Source of the DNA: Candidatus Bilamarchaeaceae archaeon
GTDB lineage: Archaea; Micrarchaeota; Micrarchaeia; Anstonellales; Bilamarchaeaceae
DNA: 64,000 nt
Assembly: GCA_038851325.1 (NCBI GenBank)
Contig: JAWCKZ010000002.1
Span: forward strand, 71,888-135,887
Direction: 5' to 3'
A program made the position numbers and the translations under genes. This document shows, in pieces, positions 1-9,614 of this stretch. Below the pieces are notes generated by a model. The model was not told the origin of the DNA, did not search any database, and saw nothing but the letters and a program-made list of their open reading frames with translations. Each line of letters begins with the position of its first letter. Positions within the stretch are counted from its first letter, which is position 1.

Positions 1-53
1 TTTTTCCCATATACTGTAAACAACAAGCAAATACCGAACGCTTAGTGAAGAGT

Positions 54-1400
54 ATGAAATATTTCAAAACATTTATGGTGGATGCTGCAAAGCAGAAGAG
101 TAAAGGCCCTACTGCTAACCATAAACTAAACAAATTGTATGTTCAGCACGAAGGGTTGCTTACCACTCAAAACAACGTACAACCATCGCCAAGGGGGCGT
201 AATGTAACCGTACATGGTCCACTAAAAATTGCTTTGGAGGAGTTTGCGCCAGACGCCGAAAGCTACGACTCTCTACGATGTATAACCAGGTTCGCAAGCG
301 AGGACTTTAGTAGTCTTTCGGAGTACCTATTTACAGTGCTCAAAAAAGCCTTTGAAGGCGTGGTGAGATGCTCCATCTATCTTGCCGAAGAGGTAGGAAC
401 CAGGAGCAGTTTCAAAACAATCCTCTCGCATTATCTGACTATTAACATGAATGGAAATGTAAGAACAAGTTCGTTGGACAAGGGAAGCAGAATATCAGAT
501 AAGAGCGATCCTATTTTGAAGGCTTATCTGGATAAAAAACCCAGGTTTATAGATTATCGCGCGGGCATGGACCTGATTTTCAAGAATCTTAATTATGAAA
601 ACAAAGACTGTGATGTGTACGTAAGAGAACCTAACATCCTTAAAGATGATGTTGCGTTGATACCATTTTATTACAGGGAAAGGGATAAACTTCGCGGTGT
701 GATGGTACTGGAAGGAAACCTCAAGTGTAAAAATTCGGCAAAATGTGGTTTTGGGAAAGCATTCTATTTTATGATGGCAGCTACAGCACTCGGCGCCCAA
801 GTTGGTTTTATATCAATGCAAAAATACGATCACACAACCGCGCTGTATAAAAAAAGCGATTTTGAGATAGACCTAAAAACATTAATTCGCAGATTGTTAA
901 AAGCACAAAAGCGTGGTGCGCAAAAGAACGCTATTATCCTTCTCGTAGACCTTGATAATTTTAAGGCGGTCAATGAGCATTATGGATATTTAGCTGGGGA
1001 CGCTCTTCTTAGTAATATAGCAAAAGCGATAAAGAACTCCGTGCGCAGGCCCACACAAAACAGAAAATCAGACATTATAGCCAGATGGGGCGGGGAGGAG
1101 TTCGCTATTCTTCTTGAGGATATAGATGAAGAAAATGCAATCAAAATAGCCAACCGAATCAGGGACGAGGTGGCCAAGGCAAAGATAAAAGTTGACGAAA
1201 AAGAGATAAGAGTAACATGCAGCATAGGCCTTCTTAATATCGAGAAAGCTTTGGCGACAGATAAGAGAACAGGTGTGGATGAAGCAGCAAAAAATGTTTT
1301 TAATAAATGCAACACCCTTCTCAAATCTGTTAAAAGCAACGGAAAGAATGGAATAGCGTTTGTTTCAGAGGGCAATGGTGTGGAGCTGATACGCGGATAG
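54..1400 (+). CDS. GAF-GGDEF diguanylate cyclase
   Basis: LLVDLDNFKAVNEHYGYLAGD motif; RKSD-IIARW-GGEEF (RxxD I-site plus active site, GGEEF at nt 1089-1103); VTCSIG and KSNGKN; upstream GAF-like segment (ALIPF...LRGVMVL). Start ATG 54 or GTG 45. Confidence 0.9.
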   Translation: MKYFKTFMVDAAKQKSKGPTANHKLNKLYVQHEGLLTTQNNVQPSPRGRNVTVHGPLKIALEEFAPDAESYDSLRCITRFASEDFSSLSEYLFTVLKKAFEGVVRCSIYLAEEVGTRSSFKTILSHYLTINMNGNVRTSSLDKGSRISDKSDPILKAYLDKKPRFIDYRAGMDLIFKNLNYENKDCDVYVREPNILKDDVALIPFYYRERDKLRGVMVLEGNLKCKNSAKCGFGKAFYFMMAATALGAQVGFISMQKYDHTTALYKKSDFEIDLKTLIRRLLKAQKRGAQKNAIILLVDLDNFKAVNEHYGYLAGDALLSNIAKAIKNSVRRPTQNRKSDIIARWGGEEFAILLEDIDEENAIKIANRIRDEVAKAKIKVDEKEIRVTCSIGLLNIEKALATDKRTGVDEAAKNVFNKCNTLLKSVKSNGKNGIAFVSEGNGVELIRG

Positions 1401-1445
1401 CGTAGAGTTTTTAAATTATCTTTCTATAGTTTTTTTGGTAATCGT

Positions 1446-2258
1446 ATGCCGAGAAATTTCTTTATAACCGGTTTGCCAAAATCCGGGAAAACAACAATTC
1501 TGAGGAAGCTTATAGAGGAATTTAAGAAGAGGGGACTTAAGGTCGGCGGGTTTATCTCCCCAGAAGAGAGAGAGCACGGCACTAGAGAAGGTTTTTATGT
1601 TCAGGATATAGACACAGGCCGGATCGGCAGGTTGGCATCCACAAAAGGTGACGGTCCAAAGGTGAGCAAGTATCACGTAGATATAAAATCCTTTGAGAGT
1701 ATTGCGGTGCCGATCATGAAAAAAGTTGACGAGTATGACGTTCTAATCATAGATGAGATAGGACGAATGGAGATGAAAAGCAAAAGGTTTGTGGAGCTCC
1801 TTGATGAAGTATTCGAGTCCCAAACACCAGTCATCGCATCTATTCATCAAGACTACGTGCTGACGTACGCCGTAAATGGTGAGATATTTGTTGTCACACC
1901 GACGACTCGCGAGGCCGTGTTTATTGATCTCCTTAATAAAGCAACTCAGGAATACTCACGGGTTCCACCCGAGGAGAAAATAAGGAAAAAGGAAAAGCCA
2001 CCCAGAAAAGAGAAGAAGAGAAAAAAGGAAAAAAGGAAAGGAAAGGAGAAGACAAAGAAGGGAAAAGGGTTGAAAGAAGAAAAGAAAACGGAGGAAAGAA
2101 AGGAGCTGAAGGAAGAACGAGAAAGGGCAAAGGAAGAGGAAAGGAAAGAGGAAGAGGAAAGGAAAGAAGAGGAAAAGGATAAAAAAGAGGAAAGAAGTGC
2201 TGAAAAACCAGCGCAAAGAGGAATAATAAGAAAATTTCGTGAGCTACTTGGTTTTTAG
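1446..2258 (+). CDS. Nucleoside triphosphatase (NTPase_1/THEP1 family) with long charged C-terminal tail
   Basis: FITGLPKSGKTT Walker A, VGGFIS, REGF, IIDEIGRME Walker B; K/E-rich tail ending GIIRKFRELLGF. Confidence 0.88.
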   Translation: MPRNFFITGLPKSGKTTILRKLIEEFKKRGLKVGGFISPEEREHGTREGFYVQDIDTGRIGRLASTKGDGPKVSKYHVDIKSFESIAVPIMKKVDEYDVLIIDEIGRMEMKSKRFVELLDEVFESQTPVIASIHQDYVLTYAVNGEIFVVTPTTREAVFIDLLNKATQEYSRVPPEEKIRKKEKPPRKEKKRKKEKRKGKEKTKKGKGLKEEKKTEERKELKEERERAKEEERKEEEERKEEEKDKKEERSAEKPAQRGIIRKFRELLGF

Positions 2259-2334
2259 TATATCTTACGACGTAGATTTTCAATTAACTCTTACTATCAA
2301 ATCTGCTTCATTCGGCCTACCACACTTTAGCTAT

Positions 2335-4041
2335 TCAGCTGCTCTCTTCCCACAGCTTCTTTATCAATTTCTTTAGCTCTTCTCGCTTTCTTAGGAATTC
2401 CATCTCTTCTTCTTTCGTTAGTCTCATCTGCTCTTTTATATATGCTTCTTTTTCCTTGATCTCTTCTTTTTCCTTCACCTTTCCCTCACCTATCCTGAGT
2501 TCAAGAAGTTTTGCTTGGTGCGAGAGCAGAGTAAGACGCTTGTTCAGGCCATCTGACATTTCTGAAAGTCGCGAGAGCGAGTTGTTTATCTCATCTAAAA
2601 GTTTCTTTTTTTCCTTTATTTCCTTTGCGGCCTCAAGTGCTTTTTTGAGTTCGCTTTCACCAACTTTCTCTGCGAATTTTTTTGCCTCTTTTTTGATTTC
2701 TGTTTCCTGCGCTGCAGCAATCCCCCTCATTCTTTCGAGCTCCTTCTCTATCTTATCTATTTCGGCATTATATCCTTTAAGCGACGGTACAATACGCTCT
2801 TTTATTTGCTGGAATGTGACATATCTGTTTTTATCCTCTTCGAGCGCTTCTGAAATCTTCAGTGATTCTTCTTTCAACTCTGCAAGTTTATCCTCTATGT
2901 TTTTGGCAAGCTCCTCTGCCTCAACTGCTGTGGTTCGTCTTCCGCCAGCAACTTCGAGCAGCCTTTTTAGCGCGCTCACCTTCTCTTCTATTTCCCTCTC
3001 TCGTCTTTCAAGTTCTTTCATTTCTTCATGGAGTTTGGCTTGAGATGGAAATCTTGTTACTATACCTTTTGCAACTTCCAGAGAATCCGAAAAGCGCTCT
3101 ATGGTGTCAAAATTCTCCTTTAGTTTTTCATCTACTCTCTTTATGTTCTCAAAGAGTTTGTCTGCCTCTTTAGTGAGCTCCTTTAATTCTTGTTTAAGCG
3201 TTGCGGATGTTTTTTCATATTCTTTTAGAGATCCTCCAACTGCTGAGACTATTTCGGCTCCTTCTTTAATGCTTACTATATCCTCCCTAAGTATTGCATT
3301 TCTTTTCTTCATCTCGTTGAAATCTCTTACAAGGGAATCAAATTTCTTGCGCATTTCCGCAGCAGACGGTATCTCAATCCCTGTTGGAACTTCTTCCTTA
3401 AGTTTTCTTTTTGTTTCCTTCAGTTCACTCATTAGACCAAAAATCTCATTTTGAAGAGTCTTAAACCGCTCAAACGCCTTTTCGCTTTCAGGTTTGGATA
3501 TCTGTGAGCTTAACGTGCTTACCTCTTTTTGGAGCTCTTTTATTTCATTCCTAATTCTGTTTATTTCAGAAACGGCGTTCGACAAGATCTTTAAACTATC
3601 ATCAAATCTTTTCTCCGAGAGCTCCTTCTCAGCTATAACTGGTGCGATATTCCGTTCTATATCGTCCAGACGCTTGTATATTCTTGCGTAAACCTCTGAG
3701 AATGATTCTTTAAGTTTTTCGATCTTTTCCATCTCAGGTAAAAGAGCTTCCCTTGTTTTTTCTATCTCTTTAGTAAGCTCTGCCTTTTCTTTTTCAAACG
3801 AGAGACGTTCCTCCTCTATCTGTTCGGCTGCTGGTTGAACCCATACAAGGTATATCTTGGCAAGTTTATACTCTACACGAATTATTCCTTCTTCCTCAAG
3901 AACTCGCGCCCACTCTTCGATGGTGTCAGAAGGAATGTTTAGGGTTGCAGCGCATTCATCCACTTCTATTTTTCCTTTTTGCTTCACAAGTTTAACGAGA
4001 GCATCAACTCCTGTTGTGATCAGTAATTCATCAAATTCCAT
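2335..4041 (-). CDS. Hypothetical protein, N-terminal winged-helix-like domain plus long coiled coil
   Basis: N-terminal TTGVDALVKLVK...EEWARVLEEEGIIRVEY HTH/wing pattern, then ~480 aa of E/K heptads; no Walker motifs. Confidence 0.75.
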   Translation of the reverse strand: MEFDELLITTGVDALVKLVKQKGKIEVDECAATLNIPSDTIEEWARVLEEEGIIRVEYKLAKIYLVWVQPAAEQIEEERLSFEKEKAELTKEIEKTREALLPEMEKIEKLKESFSEVYARIYKRLDDIERNIAPVIAEKELSEKRFDDSLKILSNAVSEINRIRNEIKELQKEVSTLSSQISKPESEKAFERFKTLQNEIFGLMSELKETKRKLKEEVPTGIEIPSAAEMRKKFDSLVRDFNEMKKRNAILREDIVSIKEGAEIVSAVGGSLKEYEKTSATLKQELKELTKEADKLFENIKRVDEKLKENFDTIERFSDSLEVAKGIVTRFPSQAKLHEEMKELERREREIEEKVSALKRLLEVAGGRRTTAVEAEELAKNIEDKLAELKEESLKISEALEEDKNRYVTFQQIKERIVPSLKGYNAEIDKIEKELERMRGIAAAQETEIKKEAKKFAEKVGESELKKALEAAKEIKEKKKLLDEINNSLSRLSEMSDGLNKRLTLLSHQAKLLELRIGEGKVKEKEEIKEKEAYIKEQMRLTKEEEMEFLRKREELKKLIKKLWEESS

Positions 4042-4094
4042 GGCAGAGTATTAAAAACATAAGATTTAAATATGGAATTCAGGATAATCACTCC

Positions 4095-6185
4095 ATGCGA
4101 TCCCATGCAATACTTTTTCTGGCTTTGATGGCAGGCCTGTTGTCAGCGTTTGTGCCATCGGATTATTTCTACGCCAACGAGGGAAATGTTACGGTTACAT
4201 ATACTAACTTCACACTCAATGGAACTCATTATTCCATAGTTTATTTTAATGACCAGGAAACATTTCTTATTAGAGAAGGAGAAATCGTGAATGATAGTGA
4301 GATAATAAAAAACGTAGTACGGTCATATTATAGAAGTGCGTTCTTACCTTCGGAATCTGAACTTGATGAAATACGCTCTTTGGTAACGGCATACAACGCA
4401 AGCAGAAATGACGGCTACGGCTACTACAAAAATAAAGAAGAGTACGAATGCAGAGGCGCACTACTAACTGATAAAAGAATAGAGATTTATATTAATGGAA
4501 CAAGACAAAAATTGTGGTGTCATGACGATGCAAGTTGTGAAATAAACGCCATGTTATTGTACCAGGCTTATGGCGAAGGGCTTGGGTGGTCAAGTTACAG
4601 AGTGATACTTCAGCCGTTGAAGGATTTCGCATATTCAAGTTACGGCACTGACGAAATTTTAGAAAACTTTACACGGATGCTAAACACCGACGATGCAACC
4701 GAGCTCTATAACGCTCTTAATTATATGAAGAATTCGATACCAACTTTGGAGTCTTACGCCACTAAGATAGAATCTACCATCTTTAGGTTGCCTCGTCCGG
4801 ATGATGCCGCGGACAAAGAAAGTTGCCATTTGATATGCTACTCAATATGTCCGCCTTTTGATCTTAATACAACTATCCTTGACAGGCTTGAGACAAGGAT
4901 AGATAGCATAAAGGCTAAGATACAGCCACTTGCTGAATACAATACCGTTGCAGAACACATAATCACGAGGACAAATGAGCGGGCGGCGTATAGATATACT
5001 TCAATGACAAGATCGCATTATAACAACATCTTTTCTCCTCTCGAGACAGAAGGAAGAGAAGTGGAAGAGTATGCTGCAAATGCCTATGGCCTTGTTGGGA
5101 ATACCTCTTTGATGATAAAGACAGAACAGCTAAAAGCCCTTCGTGAATCCATAAGAGGAAAAATAACCAACGCCTCATTTACCGGTTTGGATGACGAGAT
5201 AAGAATCTATAGAGCGATGCTTTCTTCTGTAAGGGAAGGCGCTGACTCCACATATTCGCTCTACAACGAGACTATGGATGCTAAGCGGAGAGTGGATGCT
5301 GTTCTATTTGAGCTTGGTACGAAAGATCTCTCTGATCCCGACCGAAGAGAGTACAACGAAATTAGGGAGCATGTTAATGAATTAAATCTTCAGTTTACTA
5401 AAGGCATAACGCCTGAAAAGTGTATAGAGTTAAAAAATGGTTACGATGCAGCAGAGAAGGATGCGCAGGGCCTTTTGAATAGGGTCACGATGAGTGCTGG
5501 GACAACTGCTGTTGATGCCTTTCGAATGTTTTCCATAAGGATGAACAACGGAATCGCAGACATCCTTAGGGCGACAAAAATGGCCGAGGTGAAATCAGTA
5601 CCGCACAACAAGCTTACTTTCTTCGGTGGTTTTAGCATTCTCGTGTTTATTTCATTTATGTCCATAGCATTTCTTTTGTTCCTGTATTCTGTTGGAGTGA
5701 ACAGAGACTCGCACCTTAAGTATATTCTAAGCGCTGGCCTTATGTTGGTCGCTATCCTTGCTGCTGTTTTTTCCGGTTTACTCTATTATTACATGGACAA
5801 GACAGCTACCGAAGCTACTATGGATGAGTTTCTTTTTGACCTAAACAAGAAAAGCACGGTTGCACTGGTAGCCAAGATAGACCTAGCAACTCCAGGGGAA
5901 GCCGAAAGCATAAAGCGGTGCATGGGTATAGTGGCAAATACAATCAGAGAAAAAAACAAGACGGTTGATGTTTATTATTTAGAATCAGGAAATGTTTGTA
6001 AAAAGAATAACGCAACCTACGAAAACTGCGCAGCTGATATAGAAAGCCACAATACCGCAATAATTTTCAGTCCCTCGACCACAGTGGAACCACCAACACT
6101 GTCTACGATATTCGTAAGCAAAGCGGAGATAAGAGGGCCAGCAGATTATTACGAAACATGCCCGCTTTCAGTTGTCTTTAAATAG
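4095..6185 (+). CDS. Secreted/membrane hypothetical protein
   Basis: Signal peptide, many N-x-S/T sequons, two TM helices near aa 510-565, C-terminal four-Cys domain. Confidence 0.8.
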   Translation: MRSHAILFLALMAGLLSAFVPSDYFYANEGNVTVTYTNFTLNGTHYSIVYFNDQETFLIREGEIVNDSEIIKNVVRSYYRSAFLPSESELDEIRSLVTAYNASRNDGYGYYKNKEEYECRGALLTDKRIEIYINGTRQKLWCHDDASCEINAMLLYQAYGEGLGWSSYRVILQPLKDFAYSSYGTDEILENFTRMLNTDDATELYNALNYMKNSIPTLESYATKIESTIFRLPRPDDAADKESCHLICYSICPPFDLNTTILDRLETRIDSIKAKIQPLAEYNTVAEHIITRTNERAAYRYTSMTRSHYNNIFSPLETEGREVEEYAANAYGLVGNTSLMIKTEQLKALRESIRGKITNASFTGLDDEIRIYRAMLSSVREGADSTYSLYNETMDAKRRVDAVLFELGTKDLSDPDRREYNEIREHVNELNLQFTKGITPEKCIELKNGYDAAEKDAQGLLNRVTMSAGTTAVDAFRMFSIRMNNGIADILRATKMAEVKSVPHNKLTFFGGFSILVFISFMSIAFLLFLYSVGVNRDSHLKYILSAGLMLVAILAAVFSGLLYYYMDKTATEATMDEFLFDLNKKSTVALVAKIDLATPGEAESIKRCMGIVANTIREKNKTVDVYYLESGNVCKKNNATYENCAADIESHNTAIIFSPSTTVEPPTLSTIFVSKAEIRGPADYYETCPLSVVFK

Positions 6186-6265
6186 TTTTCCTGAGTTTTA
6201 GATAAAGGTTCTTTTCAAGGGTTGAGCCACTGTAATGATCGAAGAACGCACAGGGTGAAACGCTA

Positions 6266-6757
6266 ATGAAAGGAGAAAATACATGGTTGGCCTTTTTAGT
6301 GATAGGGATAATCATCCTAGGGGTGGCGATAGTTTATCTCTATCAAGCAACGCCAAAGGAATTTAGAAAAGGGGTTAAGGTAAACGCTGAGACCTTTTCC
6401 GCAATTATCTCAGATGCAGATCAAGTTTACATTGTTATGGATGTTAGAGAGGTCTCAAACGAACTTACAAAAAGAAACATTCTTCAGTGCGGAGTTGATT
6501 TTGCTGGAAGCGCAGGGCTTATTGGGAGAAATGTTACTTATGTGTCCTTGGACAATCACGGTTGTACCGTTGCCTCGCTCGAAGGGCTCAATCAGAGCAG
6601 GAGTACAGGAGATTGCATCGAAATGTTAAATTCAGATGGAGTATCGTTATACATTCATGAAGGAACAGAAACCGAGTACTACACGCGTGCTGCTATTATT
6701 GGGGTCAGCGATACCTACGTTCTTGGAACATGCAGTGTAAACAGAAAGGTGCGATAG
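6266..6757 (+). CDS. Membrane-anchored hypothetical protein, resembles C-terminal domain of upstream gene
   Basis: N-terminal TM, four Cys with similar spacing; GGGTGA SD upstream. Confidence 0.75.
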   Translation: MKGENTWLAFLVIGIIILGVAIVYLYQATPKEFRKGVKVNAETFSAIISDADQVYIVMDVREVSNELTKRNILQCGVDFAGSAGLIGRNVTYVSLDNHGCTVASLEGLNQSRSTGDCIEMLNSDGVSLYIHEGTETEYYTRAAIIGVSDTYVLGTCSVNRKVR

Positions 6758-6805
6758 GTTTGAGCAATTAAAGAAAACGCAATAATAGGCGCTCAATGTG
6801 GTTGA

Positions 6806-7366
6806 ATGTTTGTCGTCCTTGAAGGAATAGACGGGTGCGGAAAGGATACGCAGATACAGTTGCTTAGGAATAATTTGCAGTTTGAGTATTTTAAATACCC
6901 TACATCAAAATTTACTATCCTTAACGATTACTTAAACGGAAAGGTGTCTCTCGATAAAAAAGGTCTATTTCTACTTTTTCTGGCTGATATTGCAGATGAA
7001 CAGGAAAAGATTGCAAATGCAAACTTTGCTATAGCAGACAGATATGTATACTCCACGATAGCTTATGAACTTGGCGCATTGAGTTTTGAAAAGTCAAAGG
7101 AGATAGTTGAAGCGATAGGCTTTATCAAGCCGGACCTTGTGCTTCTTCTTGACATCTCGCCAGAGACCGCACAAAAAAGAAAGGCAAAACAAAAAAAACC
7201 TGATATCTACGAAAGCAACACGAAGTATCTCAAAGAGGTTCGAGAGCGCTTCCTACGACTTGCAAAGGATTCCTTCCATGCAAGAAGGTGGATTGTGATA
7301 AATGCAGACGCACCGATTGATCAGGTTAATAAAGAGATAACAAAAGAAATTTCAAAATTATTATAA
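6806..7366 (+). CDS. tmk: Thymidylate kinase
   Basis: VLEGIDGCGKDTQ P-loop, DRYVYSTIAY, KPDLVLLLD. Confidence 0.93.
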   Translation: MFVVLEGIDGCGKDTQIQLLRNNLQFEYFKYPTSKFTILNDYLNGKVSLDKKGLFLLFLADIADEQEKIANANFAIADRYVYSTIAYELGALSFEKSKEIVEAIGFIKPDLVLLLDISPETAQKRKAKQKKPDIYESNTKYLKEVRERFLRLAKDSFHARRWIVINADAPIDQVNKEITKEISKLL

Positions 7367-7400
7367 ACGCTTATAAATTTCCTTATGCTTAGGTTTATCC

Positions 7401-7925
7401 ATGGAAGAGAGTAAAAAGTTGAAGCTTTATTTGTTAATCCTCAACAGATACAAAGAACTCATAAATGAGAAGGAGACAAGAACGATAGGTGAGATAAAGG
7501 AGAGGATAAAACCTCATCATCCGTTCATAGAAAACATGAAGAGTAGCCTTATCCCTAAGGACTACAAGTGTGATTTCGCAGTTGTGTTGAGTAAACTTCT
7601 TTCTTTTATGAGCAGAATAGAAACAGTGGAACTGGCGATAAATTTTTGGTTTGAGTTTGAGGAGATTGTAGAGATCGAAGCCGCTGACGCTGCTAATAAA
7701 GCCATTCTCTTCGTTTCTTTATTGAGGAGTCTAGGCTCCGACAGCGCCAAGGTAATTATAACAAAAAGCGGCGAGTATTATGCGAGTTTTGTCCACTCCG
7801 GGAAGACACACCTGTTCTCTCCTAAGACGAACTCTCTCTTAGTTGATGAGGATGCCTTGAGAGTCCTCTCTTCAGACCCGCCAAGACATGTATTTAACGA
7901 TGTAGAATACGAGAATCTGGAATAA
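7401..7925 (+). CDS. Transglutaminase-like fold protein, apparently inactive
   Basis: ADAANKAILFVSLLRSLG resembles GDCxDxAxLxxSLLRxLG with the catalytic Cys replaced. Confidence 0.5.
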   Translation: MEESKKLKLYLLILNRYKELINEKETRTIGEIKERIKPHHPFIENMKSSLIPKDYKCDFAVVLSKLLSFMSRIETVELAINFWFEFEEIVEIEAADAANKAILFVSLLRSLGSDSAKVIITKSGEYYASFVHSGKTHLFSPKTNSLLVDEDALRVLSSDPPRHVFNDVEYENLE

Positions 7926-7937
7926 CCTAAAACTTCT

Positions 7938-8240
7938 CTACAATCTTTTTTCAAATCCACATTTACGGCATTTTATTCTTAAACAATTATGCATCCTGTC
8001 GAACTTAACCGTAGCAGTTTCGCCAGGTATCCATGGTGTTAAGCATTTTCTACAGAACGCGTTTCTGTACTCCTTTGGCAAGCGCGTCTTATTTTTTTTC
8101 AACAGTTCCCAAGCCATTCTTATATAACGCGCCGCTCTTTCGATCTTCCCCGTTAGATACGCATCATGCGACTCGTCTATTAGATTTATAACTGATTGCG
8201 AAGCTACTCTTTTTATAAGCCTTTTCCGTTTAAACTTCAT
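7938..8240 (-). CDS. rnp4: Ribonuclease P protein component 4 (Rpp21)
   Basis: AARYIRMA, FCRKC...PG...CRKCG zinc ribbon. Confidence 0.9.
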   Translation of the reverse strand: MKFKRKRLIKRVASQSVINLIDESHDAYLTGKIERAARYIRMAWELLKKNKTRLPKEYRNAFCRKCLTPWIPGETATVKFDRMHNCLRIKCRKCGFEKRL

Positions 8241-8252
8241 GTAGTTGGTTCA

Positions 8253-9092
8253 ATGAAAAAATTTATATACGATTACTTTATCGATCCCATATGGTCAAGG
8301 ACAGGATACAATCTCGTTAATACTTCTGTTTATGTGGTAATGGCACTCGCTGCGGTCTACGCCATCTTTAAACTTTTCAAAAAAATTGATATAACCATTG
8401 ACAGGCGCTTCATGTTCGCCCTCCTGCCCTTTATCCTTTTTGGCTCGACCGTTAGGGTGATAACAGATTCTATAGACAGTGATGTTTTCAAACCGATAAC
8501 TCCAGTGCATGCTTTCGTGCTTCAGAGTCACATCTACGATTATGGCTATCTTACAGTAACTCCGGGTATATACATCGTGACTGCCCTGATCTTTCTCTTA
8601 TCTGTGTTGTTGCTCCGTTTTTTGGGCAGGATGGAGGATCTTTGGAAAGTTGGTGCAGCGCTGTGGCTGCCTCACCTTCTGCTTCTGCTGCCATTTATGG
8701 GTTATTGGTACCTTGCCTTCGTACCAATAGTCCTCGCAATCGTTCCGTGGGCTGTTGCAAAGAAAATTCTGAAAGATGATATTCTAGCCGGTATTGTGTT
8801 CGCGCATGCGCTTGATGGCTCCGCAACATTTTTTGCGTTGAGCGGCATATTCGAAAAACTTACGGGTATACGCTATTTTGAGCAGCATGTTGTCTCGAGT
8901 GCGCTAATAAACATCACGGGTGACCCGATTGCATTTTATTTCTTGAAAATTCTGCTCTCATTTGCTGCAGCGTATGCTCTAGCGCATGAAAAAATGCCAG
9001 AGGATGAGAAGGTTTATATTTCCGTTGTTTTAATAACGGTGGGGCTTGCACCAGGGATAAGAGACACTGCGCGGATAATGGTGGGTGCGTAA
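8253..9092 (+). CDS. DUF63 family archaeal membrane protein
   Basis: GYNLVNT, FGSTVRVITD, TPGIY, AHALDGSAT, YFEQHV, GLAPGIRD; probable start ATG 8253. Confidence 0.85.
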   Translation: MKKFIYDYFIDPIWSRTGYNLVNTSVYVVMALAAVYAIFKLFKKIDITIDRRFMFALLPFILFGSTVRVITDSIDSDVFKPITPVHAFVLQSHIYDYGYLTVTPGIYIVTALIFLLSVLLLRFLGRMEDLWKVGAALWLPHLLLLLPFMGYWYLAFVPIVLAIVPWAVAKKILKDDILAGIVFAHALDGSATFFALSGIFEKLTGIRYFEQHVVSSALINITGDPIAFYFLKILLSFAAAYALAHEKMPEDEKVYISVVLITVGLAPGIRDTARIMVGA

Positions 9093-9572
9093 ATGGATGA
9101 ACATTCTCTTGAGATTGGGTTAGGGTTTGGGGTTACGTCTGCAGTGATAACAACGGTTGGACTTATTGTGGGATTAGATTCAAGTACACATTCGCAGGCA
9201 ACTGTACTCGGCGGTATCATTGTAATCGCAATAGCAGATGCGCTCTCAGATGCTCTTGGTATTCACACATCAGAGGAATTCGAAGGTGTCCATACCACTA
9301 GGGAAATATGGGAGTCAACAGTTATGACATTCATAGCTAAATTCATATTTGCCCTAACCTTTGCGATACCAATCATACTTCTTCCACTTTCTCAAGCGGT
9401 AGTGGTTGATGTGGTATGGGGACTGCTTTTACTTGTACTTCTGGGCCACCTCATAGCAAAAAAGGAAAAGGAAAGTCGTATAAAAGTTATCGGCGAACAT
9501 CTTGTAGTTGCAATAGTTGTTATTGCGGCAGCGCGTTACCTAGGCAGTTGGGTGTCAGTAACTTTTGGGTGA
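9093..9572 (+). CDS. VIT1/CCC1 family iron/manganese transporter-like protein
   Basis: FGVTSAVITTVGLIVG, IAIADALSDALG, SEE; multiple TMs. Confidence 0.8.
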   Translation: MDEHSLEIGLGFGVTSAVITTVGLIVGLDSSTHSQATVLGGIIVIAIADALSDALGIHTSEEFEGVHTTREIWESTVMTFIAKFIFALTFAIPIILLPLSQAVVVDVVWGLLLLVLLGHLIAKKEKESRIKVIGEHLVVAIVVIAAARYLGSWVSVTFG

Positions 9573-9614
9573 CGATACAGAAAAGTTTTTTAAATTTCTT
9601 TTACTTATACACTT

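Noticed and set aside
1933..2283. Phe/Leu/Pro-rich antisense ORFs that look like membrane proteins
   Set aside because: Shadow of the purine-rich K/E tail on the + strand.
2335..4041. SMC/Rad50 assignment
   Set aside because: No Walker A/B, ABC signature, hinge or zinc hook.
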